Notes: a model not told the origin generated them from the letters alone. A DNA stretch of 64,000 nt from an uncultured Candidatus Saccharibacteria bacterium (GCA_964357395.1 CAYHLC010000001.1:119599-183598), one strand, 5' to 3'. Positions 9,486 to 18,711 are shown, counted from the first letter of the stretch. Numbers and translations are program-made.

Positions 9486-11120
9486 ATGGTCCGTCGATTC
9501 CTCGCTACGCTAACCCAAGAGATACGCGGCCTCCATGAGGCCGCGTATCTCTTGGCGTTCTTTACGCTACTCTCCCAGATCCTCGCACTCCTTCGGGATC
9601 GAACTTTCGCTCACTTCTTCGGTGCGGGGCCGACCTTGGACGCGTACTTTGCTGCATTCCGTATTCCCGACACTGTGTTTGCGGCGCTCACCCTTTTTGT
9701 TTCCTCGTTCGCGCTGGTGCCGCTCCTTGCAGGGCGGAGCGCTGAAGAGCAGGGGAAGGTCCTTGGGCCAGTCTTGCTCATCTTTGGAGTAGTGGCAGCT
9801 GCTATTGCAGCTACCCTCTTTGTTGCAGCACCGGTCCTGATAGCAGCGCTCATGCCCGGATTTGCAGCAGAGACAGAGGCGCAAGCGCTGCTCCTGACAC
9901 GTATTATGCTGTTGCAACCACTCCTCCTCGGCCTGTCATCGATAGCGGCATCGATCATACAGGCGTCGCGTATGTTCATGCTCTTTGCACTCGCGCCCAT
10001 TTTCTACAACATAGGCATCATTGCTGGCGCCCTATTTCTGTACCCCACGCTTGGTGTTGCAGGACTCGGTTGGGGAGTCGTCATTGGCGCGGTCATGCAC
10101 CTACTCGTGCAGGCAGTGCCACTCTTCTTTGGTAGCACACGACTCGTCCTTGGCTTTAGTAATGTGTGGCTGACCATCCGCAAGGTGGTCCTACCATCAG
10201 TACCGCGCTCCGCAGCACTGTTAGGGAATCAGCTTCTGATGCTCATATTTGCTGGCATAGCATCGGTCGTATCGGTCGGCGCGGTATCAGCACTTTCGTT
10301 CGCATTCAACCTTCAGTCAGTACCGCTTACCGTGATTGGTGTCTCCTATGCGGCAGCCCTCTTTCCCGCCCTCTCAGCTATGGTACAGGCGGGGGACCGT
10401 GCGGGGTTTAGCCGAGAGCTGTGGACGACGGTCAAGCATGTTGCCTTCTGGCTTTTGCCAGCGACTGTCCTATTTGTGGTGCTACGAGCGCACATCGTGC
10501 GTGTCATCCTCGGTTCAGGCGCCTTTTCGTGGGATGACACTCGGCTTACCGCCGCGGTACTCGCACTCTTTGTACTCTCACTTTTGCCGCAGGCACTCAT
10601 CCTCCTTTTCTCACGAACGTACTACGCTTCACAGCGAACTGCAGTTCCGGTATTGGTAAATGTCGGTGCGGCGATAGTGGCTGGCGTCGGTGCGTGGGGG
10701 CTCTTCGCTGTAGTCACGAACAACACAACAGCGCTATACTTCCTCGAGTCTCTCTTCCGGGTGGACGGAATACCAGGTACCGCTGTTCTGGTCGTGCCGC
10801 TCGCATACTCTACAGCGATGCTCCTCGCCAGCTTAGTATTTGGATTATTGCTGAAGAACGAGACGAAGCCTGAGGGCGTGTGGCTGTCCCTCGGAACCTC
10901 ATTTGTAGCCTCTGTCATTGGTGGCTTGGCGAGCTACACTGCGCTACAGTACTTCGGACCGCTCCTCCCAACGAACACCTTTTTCGGTATCTTCCTCCAG
11001 GGAGTAGGAGCTGGGGTGGTTGGCATGGTAGCCTGGGGCACAGTTCTAGCCCTATTGCGCTCTGCAGAGCTCTCTGAGGTACTAGCACTCCTGTACCGCA
11101 AGTATGCAAAACGTTCGTAA
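9486..11120 (+). CDS. murJ: Lipid II flippase MurJ/MviN
   Basis: LLRDRTFAHFFGAG..LDAYFAAFRIPD, LAPIFYN. Confidence 0.92.
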   Translation: MVRRFLATLTQEIRGLHEAAYLLAFFTLLSQILALLRDRTFAHFFGAGPTLDAYFAAFRIPDTVFAALTLFVSSFALVPLLAGRSAEEQGKVLGPVLLIFGVVAAAIAATLFVAAPVLIAALMPGFAAETEAQALLLTRIMLLQPLLLGLSSIAASIIQASRMFMLFALAPIFYNIGIIAGALFLYPTLGVAGLGWGVVIGAVMHLLVQAVPLFFGSTRLVLGFSNVWLTIRKVVLPSVPRSAALLGNQLLMLIFAGIASVVSVGAVSALSFAFNLQSVPLTVIGVSYAAALFPALSAMVQAGDRAGFSRELWTTVKHVAFWLLPATVLFVVLRAHIVRVILGSGAFSWDDTRLTAAVLALFVLSLLPQALILLFSRTYYASQRTAVPVLVNVGAAIVAGVGAWGLFAVVTNNTTALYFLESLFRVDGIPGTAVLVVPLAYSTAMLLASLVFGLLLKNETKPEGVWLSLGTSFVASVIGGLASYTALQYFGPLLPTNTFFGIFLQGVGAGVVGMVAWGTVLALLRSAELSEVLALLYRKYAKRS

Positions 11121-12900
11121 CTTTTCTATTATCGCGCACATCGACCATGGCAAGTCGACACTTGCCGACCGAATGCTCGAGATCACCAAGACCATAGAGG
11201 TACGCAAAATGCGTGACCAGGTCTTAGACGGTATGGACCTCGAGCGAGAGCGTGGGATCACCATCAAAATGCAACCAGTCCGAATGGCCTACACCCTAGA
11301 CACTACACCCTATACCCTCAATCTTATTGATACACCGGGACATATTGATTTCGCTTACGAAGTTTCTAGAGCCCTTACTGCAGTCGAGGGAGTGTTGCTA
11401 CTCGTCGACGCGACGCAGGGCGTGCAGGCGCAGACCTTGGCCACCTTGCGTATGGCGCAGGATGCGGGGTGCACTATCATTCCAGTTCTCACCAAGATCG
11501 ATTCGGGAGCAGCACGCATACCCGAAGTGCGACTTTCGCTCGCCCACCTCCTTGGTGTTGAGGAGGACACCGTGCTCGCCGTTTCCGGAAGAACAGGTGA
11601 GGGGGTGGAGGACCTTATTAAGGCAATCATCGCGCGAGTACCTGCACCGAAGAGCGACTACAAGGGTGCGGGTGGCAAGGCGCTCGTCTTTGACTTTTCA
11701 TACTCTGAGCATCGAGGTGTGGTGGCATATGTGCGAGTCCTCGATGGTGTCATATCTGCCAGGGAGGTAGCGGAACTCGTCGGCGTACAAAAAAAGTTTC
11801 CAGTCCCCGACGTGGGGTACCTCACGCCAGGGGAGGTGAAGGCGGATCGTATCGAGGCAGGAGACATCGGGTATGTAGTCACAACACTCAAGGAGCCGGG
11901 CTCCGGCGTCGTCGGAGATACGCTACGCACTTTTGGTATTGCACTACCCCCCCTACCGGGGTATCAGAATCCGCGCCCCGTTGTGTGGGCCTCTGTGTAT
12001 CCGGAATCGCAAGACGAGTTCACCCCTCTAAAGCACGCGCTCTCGCGACTCAAGCTTGCAGACGCAGCCCTCTCCTTTGAGGAGGATGGCTCGTCGATAC
12101 TCGGCAAGGGCTTTCGTTGCGGCTTCCTCGGCATGCTGCATATGGAGATCGTGACGGAGCGACTGAAACGCGAGTATAGCCTCACTCCAGTTATCACCAC
12201 TCCGTCGATCACCTACGAGATAACCACAACGCAAGGGGAGACGAAGCAGATCTTCTCTCCAACACAGTTTCCGAATGATGGCACCGTAGAGAGCGTGCGT
12301 GAGCAGTGGGTCAAGGCGACTATCATGACCCCACCCGAGTACCTCTCGGGCATCACACAGCTCCTCTACGAGCATGAAGGTGACATCACCAATACGGACA
12401 TGTTTGATGAGCGACTCGAGCTTACCGTGCTCATGCCGCTTCGGGAGTTGATGCGCGACTTCTTTGACATACTGAAGAGCGTATCCAAGGGCTATGCATC
12501 ATTGGCATACGAGTTCGCAGACCTGCGGAGCGCGGACGTGGTCCGGCTCGACATACTGGTCGCAGAGGATTTGGTAGCGGCGTTCTCGCGCGTGGTGTCG
12601 CGCCGACGACTCGAGACGGAAGCACGTTCAGCGGTGGAGCGACTGAAGGAGCTCTTGCCGCGGCAGATGTTCGTCGTTAAGATCCAGGCGAAGGCGGATG
12701 GGCGCATCGTAGCTTCGGAATCGATTAGTGCGTTTAAGAAAGACGTGACGGGGTATCTGTATGGCGGCGACGTGACTCGCAAAATGAAATTGCTTGAAAA
12801 GCAGAAGAAGGGCAAGGAGCGCCGCGGCGAGCAGGGCTCAAATAAAATGCACATCCCGCAGGATGTGTTCCTCAAGATGGTCCGCCCGAAGGACGACTAG
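11104..12900 (+). CDS. lepA: Elongation factor 4 (LepA)
   Basis: RNFSIIAHIDHGKSTLADR, GFRCGFLGMLHME, YGGDVTRKMKLLEKQKKGK. Confidence 0.98.
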   Translation: MQNVRNFSIIAHIDHGKSTLADRMLEITKTIEVRKMRDQVLDGMDLERERGITIKMQPVRMAYTLDTTPYTLNLIDTPGHIDFAYEVSRALTAVEGVLLLVDATQGVQAQTLATLRMAQDAGCTIIPVLTKIDSGAARIPEVRLSLAHLLGVEEDTVLAVSGRTGEGVEDLIKAIIARVPAPKSDYKGAGGKALVFDFSYSEHRGVVAYVRVLDGVISAREVAELVGVQKKFPVPDVGYLTPGEVKADRIEAGDIGYVVTTLKEPGSGVVGDTLRTFGIALPPLPGYQNPRPVVWASVYPESQDEFTPLKHALSRLKLADAALSFEEDGSSILGKGFRCGFLGMLHMEIVTERLKREYSLTPVITTPSITYEITTTQGETKQIFSPTQFPNDGTVESVREQWVKATIMTPPEYLSGITQLLYEHEGDITNTDMFDERLELTVLMPLRELMRDFFDILKSVSKGYASLAYEFADLRSADVVRLDILVAEDLVAAFSRVVSRRRLETEARSAVERLKELLPRQMFVVKIQAKADGRIVASESISAFKKDVTGYLYGGDVTRKMKLLEKQKKGKERRGEQGSNKMHIPQDVFLKMVRPKDD

Positions 12901-13004
12901 TACACCATCGGGATGTAGAGCGCGATCATTGAAATGATGACGAGGACTGCAACAATTGCCCACACCACCTTGATAACCTTTTTTGTTCGTTTATCGAAAA
13001 GCAT
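12897..13004 (-). CDS. 35-aa single-TM microprotein (DUF4044/Prli42-like)
   Basis: MLFDKRTKKVIKVVWAIVAVLVIISMIALYIPMVY; TATAAT upstream on minus strand. Confidence 0.6.
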   Translation of the reverse strand: MLFDKRTKKVIKVVWAIVAVLVIISMIALYIPMVY

Positions 13005-13028
13005 ACAAATAGGATTATACTAGTAAGT

Positions 13029-13403
13029 ATGGCAACGCGCCAGGTACGCCGAATTGTGACGCGCTACTCGCTCTGGGCAGGTATAGCTATCGCTATGGTC
13101 TTGCTCGCGCTCCTCACTCGGGGCACGTGGGGTGTGTATAGCAAGATGCAAGAGGCGGCTGTACTCAAGGCCAATGCATTGCAGGAGCGCGAGGCACTCC
13201 TCGAGCGCCAAGGCGAGCTCACGGGCACCATTGCAGCTCTGGAGACCCCTCGCGGGGTGGAGGAGGAGATACGGACCCGCTACTCCGTCGTCATGCCCGG
13301 CGAGACCGAGTACGTCCTTATGGACCAGGTAACTGCTACGACGGCAGGCTCCGCCCCTTCTGAAGGCTTTTGGGATAGCCTGAAGTCCTGGTTCGGCCTC
13401 TAG
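13029..13403 (+). CDS. Septum formation initiator family (FtsB/DivIC-like)
   Basis: TM + coiled coil + LETPRGVEEEIRTRYSVVMPGE. Confidence 0.75.
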   Translation: MATRQVRRIVTRYSLWAGIAIAMVLLALLTRGTWGVYSKMQEAAVLKANALQEREALLERQGELTGTIAALETPRGVEEEIRTRYSVVMPGETEYVLMDQVTATTAGSAPSEGFWDSLKSWFGL

Positions 13404-13405
13404 GG

Positions 13406-13476
13406 TGCAGGATCGGAGAATCGAACTCCGGCCTAATGCTTGGGAAGCACTCGTTCTGCCACTAAACTAATCCTGC
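13406..13476 (-). tRNA. tRNA-Gly(CCC)
   Basis: Reverse complement GCAGGAT...AGTGC-TTCCCAA-GCATT...GTTCGATTC...ATCCTGCA. Confidence 0.93.
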
Positions 13477-13527
13477 AGACGCCACTTTTGGGCCTATGTT
13501 ATACTAGCAAAGCATTACAAAAATACC

Positions 13528-13764
13528 ATGGATGTAGTTATCTATTCGACACCAACGTGCCACTTCTGCGCGCTCAGCAAGGAATACTTCACTTCACATA
13601 ACATCGCATTTACCAATTACGACGTCTCGTCCGACTTTGAAAAGAGGCAGGAGATGATCGAGATGACCGGCCAGATGGGCGTCCCTGTCATCCGCATTGG
13701 CAACGACGTGGTCATCGGCTTCGACAAGCCCAAGCTCGCCGAGCTGCTAAACATCACAGAATAA
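13528..13764 (+). CDS. Glutaredoxin-like protein (NrdH/YruB type)
   Basis: IYSTPTCHFC, TGQMGVPVI, IGFD. Confidence 0.92.
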   Translation: MDVVIYSTPTCHFCALSKEYFTSHNIAFTNYDVSSDFEKRQEMIEMTGQMGVPVIRIGNDVVIGFDKPKLAELLNITE

Positions 13765-13781
13765 GGCATACTAGGGGAGCC

Positions 13782-13853
13782 GCCCTCGTAGTTCAATGGA
13801 TAGAACCTCCGCGTCCTAAGCGGGTGATCTCAGTTCGATTCTGGGCGAGGGCA
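13782..13853 (+). tRNA. tRNA-Arg(CCT)
   Basis: GCCCTCG/CGAGGGC acceptor, anticodon loop GTCCTAA, GTTCGATTC. Confidence 0.92.
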
Positions 13854-13879
13854 CATAGTTTCGGGTTATAATAGTGGAC

Positions 13880-14203
13880 ATGATGGATGAGAAGAAGATC
13901 GAGGCCATGTACGAGGCCGTGATGGAGAACAACCGTATGCTGAAGAGCGCTCGACGCACGGCAATGGTGGGCGGTATTATCAAGTTTATATTCTGGATCT
14001 TCCTCCTCCTTATCCTGCCGTACCTCACGTGGCTCTACTTGCAGCCGTACCTCGACACGATCATGGGGCAGTACCAGACATTGCAGAACCAGAGTGGGGT
14101 AGTGAGTACGCAAGCTGCGGACCTACAAGAGCAGCTGAACAGCTTTGGCTCGTTCGATCTCCGTGAGATATACGACAAGTACTTTGCCCCAAAGGCTGAG
14201 TAA
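13880..14203 (+). CDS. Hypothetical single-TM protein
   Basis: ENNRMLK + TM + YLQPYL; TATAAT 7 nt before ATG. Confidence 0.75.
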   Translation: MMDEKKIEAMYEAVMENNRMLKSARRTAMVGGIIKFIFWIFLLLILPYLTWLYLQPYLDTIMGQYQTLQNQSGVVSTQAADLQEQLNSFGSFDLREIYDKYFAPKAE

Positions 14204-14216
14204 TGTTACATTTGGT

Positions 14217-14344
14217 GAGCGCGAGCCGGGATAAGGAAACCTTGTCCCGACTGCGTTCTGATCAAATGCGGCTACGCCCTTTTGTTCGGGCCATTGGAAA
14301 AGTAAGCGAGCTTCCTTTTCCGCAGCCCTCCAAAAGTCGCGCTC
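14217..14344 (+). ncRNA. Candidate multibranch structured RNA upstream of tRNA-Phe
   Basis: Closing helix GAGCGCGA/TCGCGCTC around four hairpins; TACATT at 14207. Confidence 0.5.
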
Positions 14345-14364
14345 CGCGCTTGAGTAAGCAACTT

Positions 14365-14441
14365 GCCGGGATAGCTCAGTTAGTTAGAGCATTCCCCTGA
14401 AGAGGGAAGGGTCGTCAGTGCAAGTCTGACTCCCGGCACCA
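14365..14441 (+). tRNA. tRNA-Phe(GAA), CCA encoded
   Basis: GCCGGGA/TCCCGGC-ACCA, TTCCC-CTGAAGA-GGGAA, T-loop TGCAAGT. Confidence 0.93.
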
Positions 14442-15059
14442 ATGCAGGTTTTGGTAATACACGGGGCAGGAGGATTCGTCAGTCTTAACAGGGCTGACTT
14501 TGTAGCGGCACTGCGGCAGAAAAAGGTGAGTCTCAACGACCTCCGCCGCAAGGAGGACTGGAAGTCCAATCTATCCAAAGAGCTCGGCGCTAACTACGAC
14601 GTCCTCTATGCCCGCATGCCGGACAGCGATTCGCCGCAGTACATGGCTTGGGCAGCGTGGTTCGAGCAGATGCTACCCCTCCTCGATCCGGAAGTAGTGT
14701 TCATTGGTCACTCACTCGGGGCACTTTTCCTAGTAAAGTATCTGTCCGAGAACAAGATTACAAACACTGTGCGCTCACTGCACCTAGCAGCTAGCCCATA
14801 CACTGGCCCCGAGGTCCATTCGCAATTGGGAGGGCGGCTGGTGGATGGCAAGTGGCTTATGGCCAGCGACCTGGGTCTGCTCGCAGATCAGTGCAACAAA
14901 ATATACTTTTACCACAGTGTCGACGATCCTGCGGTGCCATACTCGGCAGCGGAAGCGTACATGGCAAAACTACCGCACGCGGTACTGCGCACATACGAAG
15001 GGCTCGGACACCTACGAGTAGAGATACTGCCCGGACTTGCTGAAGATATAAAAAGCTAG
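14442..15059 (+). CDS. Alpha/beta hydrolase (RBBP9/YdeN-like)
   Basis: VLVIHG, GHSLG nucleophile, HSVDDPAVP, GLGH. Confidence 0.88.
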   Translation: MQVLVIHGAGGFVSLNRADFVAALRQKKVSLNDLRRKEDWKSNLSKELGANYDVLYARMPDSDSPQYMAWAAWFEQMLPLLDPEVVFIGHSLGALFLVKYLSENKITNTVRSLHLAASPYTGPEVHSQLGGRLVDGKWLMASDLGLLADQCNKIYFYHSVDDPAVPYSAAEAYMAKLPHAVLRTYEGLGHLRVEILPGLAEDIKS

Positions 15060-15538
15060 TTGCCGCGGACCTTGAGCTTGGTCTGGCGGTCCTTGTTGAT
15101 CTTTGGGAGGCGGATGGTGAGGAGCCCATGCTTCTGGTCTGCCTCGGCCATGTCGACATCAATCTCTGCTGGGAGTACCACTGTGCGACTGAATGCCCCC
15201 CAGAAGAGCTCGCGGTACACATAGTCGTTCTCCTCAATCTCTTTCTGCTCGATACGCTTGCCCGCTATGGTGACCATGTCGCGGGTTATGGAGATATCGA
15301 TCTCCTCCGGCTTCACACCAGCGACTAGCGCCTTGATGACTATCTCGTCCGGACTCTGGTACACGTCTACAGTCAGCTGTGCCTCACCGACGTCCTCGCG
15401 GATACTAGGCATGGCTGCAACTGAGCCGGTAGGGGTAAGGCGGCGCGCCTGCTGCGGTGCCTCCTCCTGAAAGGCATCAAAGTCGATGTCAAAGCTCGCA
15501 CCCGTGAGTCTGTCGAAAAATGATGGTTTCTTTGCCAT
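15056..15538 (-). CDS. Hsp20/alpha-crystallin small heat shock protein
   Basis: VDVYQ...AGVKPEEIDISIT...ELFWGAFSRTVVLP...GLLTIRLPK. Confidence 0.93.
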   Translation of the reverse strand: MAKKPSFFDRLTGASFDIDFDAFQEEAPQQARRLTPTGSVAAMPSIREDVGEAQLTVDVYQSPDEIVIKALVAGVKPEEIDISITRDMVTIAGKRIEQKEIEENDYVYRELFWGAFSRTVVLPAEIDVDMAEADQKHGLLTIRLPKINKDRQTKLKVRGN

Positions 15539-15542
15539 ACGA

Positions 15543-16268
15543 TTAGTTTAGAGTAATGCGTTCCCACCACGCAGGTGGGCGGAGGAGCCTGATGCGCTCG
15601 AGTGCAAGCAGGATACTAATGATGCCAACCCATACTCCAAGGAATACGGTCAGCACGGTGCCTGCTCCCGTTGTAATTATAAGGAAATTAAAGAGTGCGT
15701 GCAATGAAGTAGCAAGGATAAGTCCTATCCCAATGTAGGTAATCTTTTCCGAGCGAGTACGAAAGTAGGTGAATCCGAGTGCTGCGCCAACGACAGCGGA
15801 GCCGAGTACGTGGATCAGCGTCGCCCCAATGAAGCGCATGTTGGCAGTGATGGCTCCTTCGAGCGCGGCGTGTTCGAAAAACGGTGTAATGAGGAACAGA
15901 GTGTTCTCGAGTGCAGCAAATCCGAGCGCGACGGTGATCATATAGATGACCATGTCCATCGGCTCGTCGACCGCCCTGTTGCGCAGCACCAAGAGCCACG
16001 CGAGGCCGAACTTAGCAACCTCCTCTATGAGTGCCCAGATCGCGAGGAGCCCGAACCCAAGGGGGAGCATGTCGCTTGCCACTTTCTGGAAGGGCAGCAC
16101 GACAGCAACCGCGAGCATGCCGGTGAGGAATGCAAAGAGGAGCCGCATCCGAGGCTCTGGATGCTCCCAGTCCTCGAATAGCCAAAAGCCGAGCCATATC
16201 AACACAGGCACCAGGCCGAGCATCCCTGCGCCAAGCGCGGCGTATGCGGTCGCTAAGAGGTTAGACAC
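15543..16268 (-). CDS. PrsW family intramembrane glutamic protease
   Basis: EP, IEEVAK, ALGFAALEN, LHALFN motifs. Confidence 0.9.
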   Translation of the reverse strand: MSNLLATAYAALGAGMLGLVPVLIWLGFWLFEDWEHPEPRMRLLFAFLTGMLAVAVVLPFQKVASDMLPLGFGLLAIWALIEEVAKFGLAWLLVLRNRAVDEPMDMVIYMITVALGFAALENTLFLITPFFEHAALEGAITANMRFIGATLIHVLGSAVVGAALGFTYFRTRSEKITYIGIGLILATSLHALFNFLIITTGAGTVLTVFLGVWVGIISILLALERIRLLRPPAWWERITLN

Positions 16269-16286
16269 CCAATTATTGTATCGCGA

Positions 16287-16421
16287 TTATCGGGGCCACC
16301 AGTGTTGCTTGTCGTGCACCTGCCTTATATGTTTCTCATAGTCATGTTGTGAAATGCCCGACCAGTCACATCCTGGGTGGCTGCACATGATAAGTGTCTC
16401 CTCGTTACATATTCTCTCCAT
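16287..16421 (-). CDS. 44-aa C2H2 zinc-finger microprotein
   Basis: MERICNEETLIMCSHPGCDWSGISQHDYEKHIRQVHDKQHWWPR = C-x4-C-x12-H-x4-H; TAATCT 6 nt before ATG. Confidence 0.7.
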   Translation of the reverse strand: MERICNEETLIMCSHPGCDWSGISQHDYEKHIRQVHDKQHWWPR

Positions 16422-16447
16422 ACTTTAAGATTATCGCCAGTAAGTAA

Positions 16448-16586
16448 TAAAAATGCCCCTTGTCGGGGCTTTTGCGTTTCTGTGCGGAACATCGACGCTC
16501 ACCCCAAGGAATGGGCTATGACGACCACGACAGACGATGATCCGAGGACCATAGACACATGGTACACGCGCATATCTGCGTGTCAA
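16448..16586 (-). ncRNA. Candidate standalone small RNA (or 17-aa peptide) with own promoter and terminator
   Basis: TTGACA-16-TACCAT promoter, 9/10-bp stem, GCCCC/GGGGC terminator at 16455-16469. Confidence 0.45.
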
Positions 16587-16590
16587 TCGT

Positions 16591-18705
16591 TTATTGAACG
16601 CCTATCGCGCCTGGCCACTGAGCGACCATCAGCATGTCGGAGTCCCTTAGGGGCAGCGACTGCCACACTTCCTCCGTAACGAATGGCATAAACGGGTGCA
16701 GCATCTTGAGGCACGTCGTAAGGATGGTGTAGAGCTTCCAGGCGGTCGCGCGCTGCGCCACCGCGTCGGTGCCCTTCAGTACCACCTTAGAGCGTTCGAT
16801 AATCTCGTCCGCAAAGGTGTGCCACACGTAGTGGTAGGCGCGATCTGCAGCAAGGTCGATGCGGTACTCCTCCAGGTTGCGAGTGACGTCTGCGACAACC
16901 CTGTTCAGCTCCGCTAGGTCCTCCTCATCCTGCTCGGATAGGTCGTGCTTCTCCGTCAGGTCCGTGCCCTCCGTGTTCTCCAAGACGAAGCGGGTGATAT
17001 TCCAGATCTTGTTAGCAAAGTTCTTGTACCCACGGATCTTGTCCTCGCGGAGCGCGAGGTCGGAGCCGGGCGGATTGCCCACCACAAGGCCGATGCGCAG
17101 AGCATCAGTACCAAACTTGCTTGTGAGGTCAAGTGGATTAGTTACATTGCCCTTCGACTTACTCATCTTCTTGCCGTGTTGATCGTTAACCAGGCCATGC
17201 AGGTACACGGTGTGGAATGGCGCCCTCGATGCAAGATAGAGGCCAAAGATGATCATGCGCGGCACCCACTTAAAGATGAGGTCGTGCCCGGTCTCCATCA
17301 CATCCGTTGGGTAATACTGGCTGGTGTTAGGGAAGTCGGTGACGAGTAGTGGCCACTGTCCGGATGAGAACCAGGTATCAAAGGTGTCCGGGTCCTTGAT
17401 CCATCCATCGCCCGGGGAGGTGAGTGACGCCTTTGTCTCGCCGCCCTTAAACCACGCAGGAATAGGGATGCCCCACACGATCTGGCGCGAGATGTTCCAG
17501 TCCAAGGTGTTCTCCATCCAGTAGCGGAAGATCTTCTCGTAGTTATCAGGAATGAACTTTACATCGCCATCCCTGACCGACTTGAGCGCCATCTCCGCAA
17601 GGGGCTTCATTTTAACGAACCATTGGTCCTTAACCTGCGGCTCGATGAGCTGCTCGCACTTATAGCAGCGCTTGGTAGCGTGCATGTATTTGTCATCGAT
17701 ATGATCCACCAATCCCTTGGCCTGCAGCTTCTCCATTATCTTGGGGCGTGCATCCAAGATCTTCAGTCCTGCAAACTCGCCAGCAATGGGCAGCAGCTTT
17801 CCGCGCCAGTCGATAACTTGCTCCAGCGGCAGGTCAAACTTTTGTGCCAGCTCAAAGTCGTGTTGGTCGTGCCATGGCGTAATAGTCATCACGCCTGTGC
17901 CGAATGTCATATCGTGACCTGGGTCGTGGAGCACCGTTGCAGTAATAGGTCCGTTGATCCACTCAAGGTCTATCTGCTGACCGTGCGAGTATTGTTTGTA
18001 TCGTTCATCGGCAGGGTTGATAACAACATGCTTATCGCCAAACTTGGTCTCTGGTCGGACAGTACCAATAACGAATGGTCCGTACTTGAGGTAATAAAAG
18101 GGGTCGTTCTGATCCTTCCAGCTCGTCTCGACGTCGGAGAGGGAGGTCTGATGCTTTGGGCACCAGTTAACGGTACGGAGTCCGCGGTACACTAATCCGT
18201 CGTCAAACATCTTAACGAAAGTCTCCTGCACGCGGGTGACGATGTCGGGGTCCAAGGTAAAGCGCTCGCGGCTCCAATCGCAGGAAGCCCCGAGGCTGCG
18301 AACCTGGTTTTCCATCACGCCTTTGTTGTGGATGGTGAAGTCGTATATCTCCTTATAGAGCTCCTGCGGGTCCATACCAAAGCGGGATCGGCCCTCCTTC
18401 TCTAGCTTCTTTTCGTACACCACTTGTGTCTCGAATCCTGCATGATCTGCCCCGGGAATCCAAAGAGCTCTCTTGCCCTGCATGCGGGCAAAGCGGGTCA
18501 TAATGTCCTCCAATGTTATGAAGAGCGCGTGGCCAGCGTGCAAGGAGCCATTGGCGTTCGGTGGCGGCATAACGATGGTGTAGGGCTCGCCATCCTTGTT
18601 GGGCAAGTTGTCGGGGTTGAAGTAGCCCGAGTCCTCCCACTTCTTATATATAGAGGCCTCCGTCGCGGCGGCGTCGTAGGGCTTGAGGAACTTCGGGTCC
18701 ATCAT
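16591..18705 (-). CDS. valS: Valine--tRNA ligase (short form lacking C-terminal coiled coil)
   Basis: PPPNANGSLHAGHA (HIGH), KMSKS, DTFDTWFSS, DWNISRQIVWG. Confidence 0.97.
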   Translation of the reverse strand: MMDPKFLKPYDAAATEASIYKKWEDSGYFNPDNLPNKDGEPYTIVMPPPNANGSLHAGHALFITLEDIMTRFARMQGKRALWIPGADHAGFETQVVYEKKLEKEGRSRFGMDPQELYKEIYDFTIHNKGVMENQVRSLGASCDWSRERFTLDPDIVTRVQETFVKMFDDGLVYRGLRTVNWCPKHQTSLSDVETSWKDQNDPFYYLKYGPFVIGTVRPETKFGDKHVVINPADERYKQYSHGQQIDLEWINGPITATVLHDPGHDMTFGTGVMTITPWHDQHDFELAQKFDLPLEQVIDWRGKLLPIAGEFAGLKILDARPKIMEKLQAKGLVDHIDDKYMHATKRCYKCEQLIEPQVKDQWFVKMKPLAEMALKSVRDGDVKFIPDNYEKIFRYWMENTLDWNISRQIVWGIPIPAWFKGGETKASLTSPGDGWIKDPDTFDTWFSSGQWPLLVTDFPNTSQYYPTDVMETGHDLIFKWVPRMIIFGLYLASRAPFHTVYLHGLVNDQHGKKMSKSKGNVTNPLDLTSKFGTDALRIGLVVGNPPGSDLALREDKIRGYKNFANKIWNITRFVLENTEGTDLTEKHDLSEQDEEDLAELNRVVADVTRNLEEYRIDLAADRAYHYVWHTFADEIIERSKVVLKGTDAVAQRATAWKLYTILTTCLKMLHPFMPFVTEEVWQSLPLRDSDMLMVAQWPGAIGVQ

Positions 18706-18711
18706 GTAAGT

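Noticed and set aside
14217-14344. SRP RNA, 6S RNA or tmRNA identity for the structured leader
   Set aside because: No SRP helix-8 motif, not a single long rod, no tRNA-like ends
14203-14400. 65-aa ORF in the track
   Set aside because: Runs into tRNA-Phe; region is better explained as structured RNA
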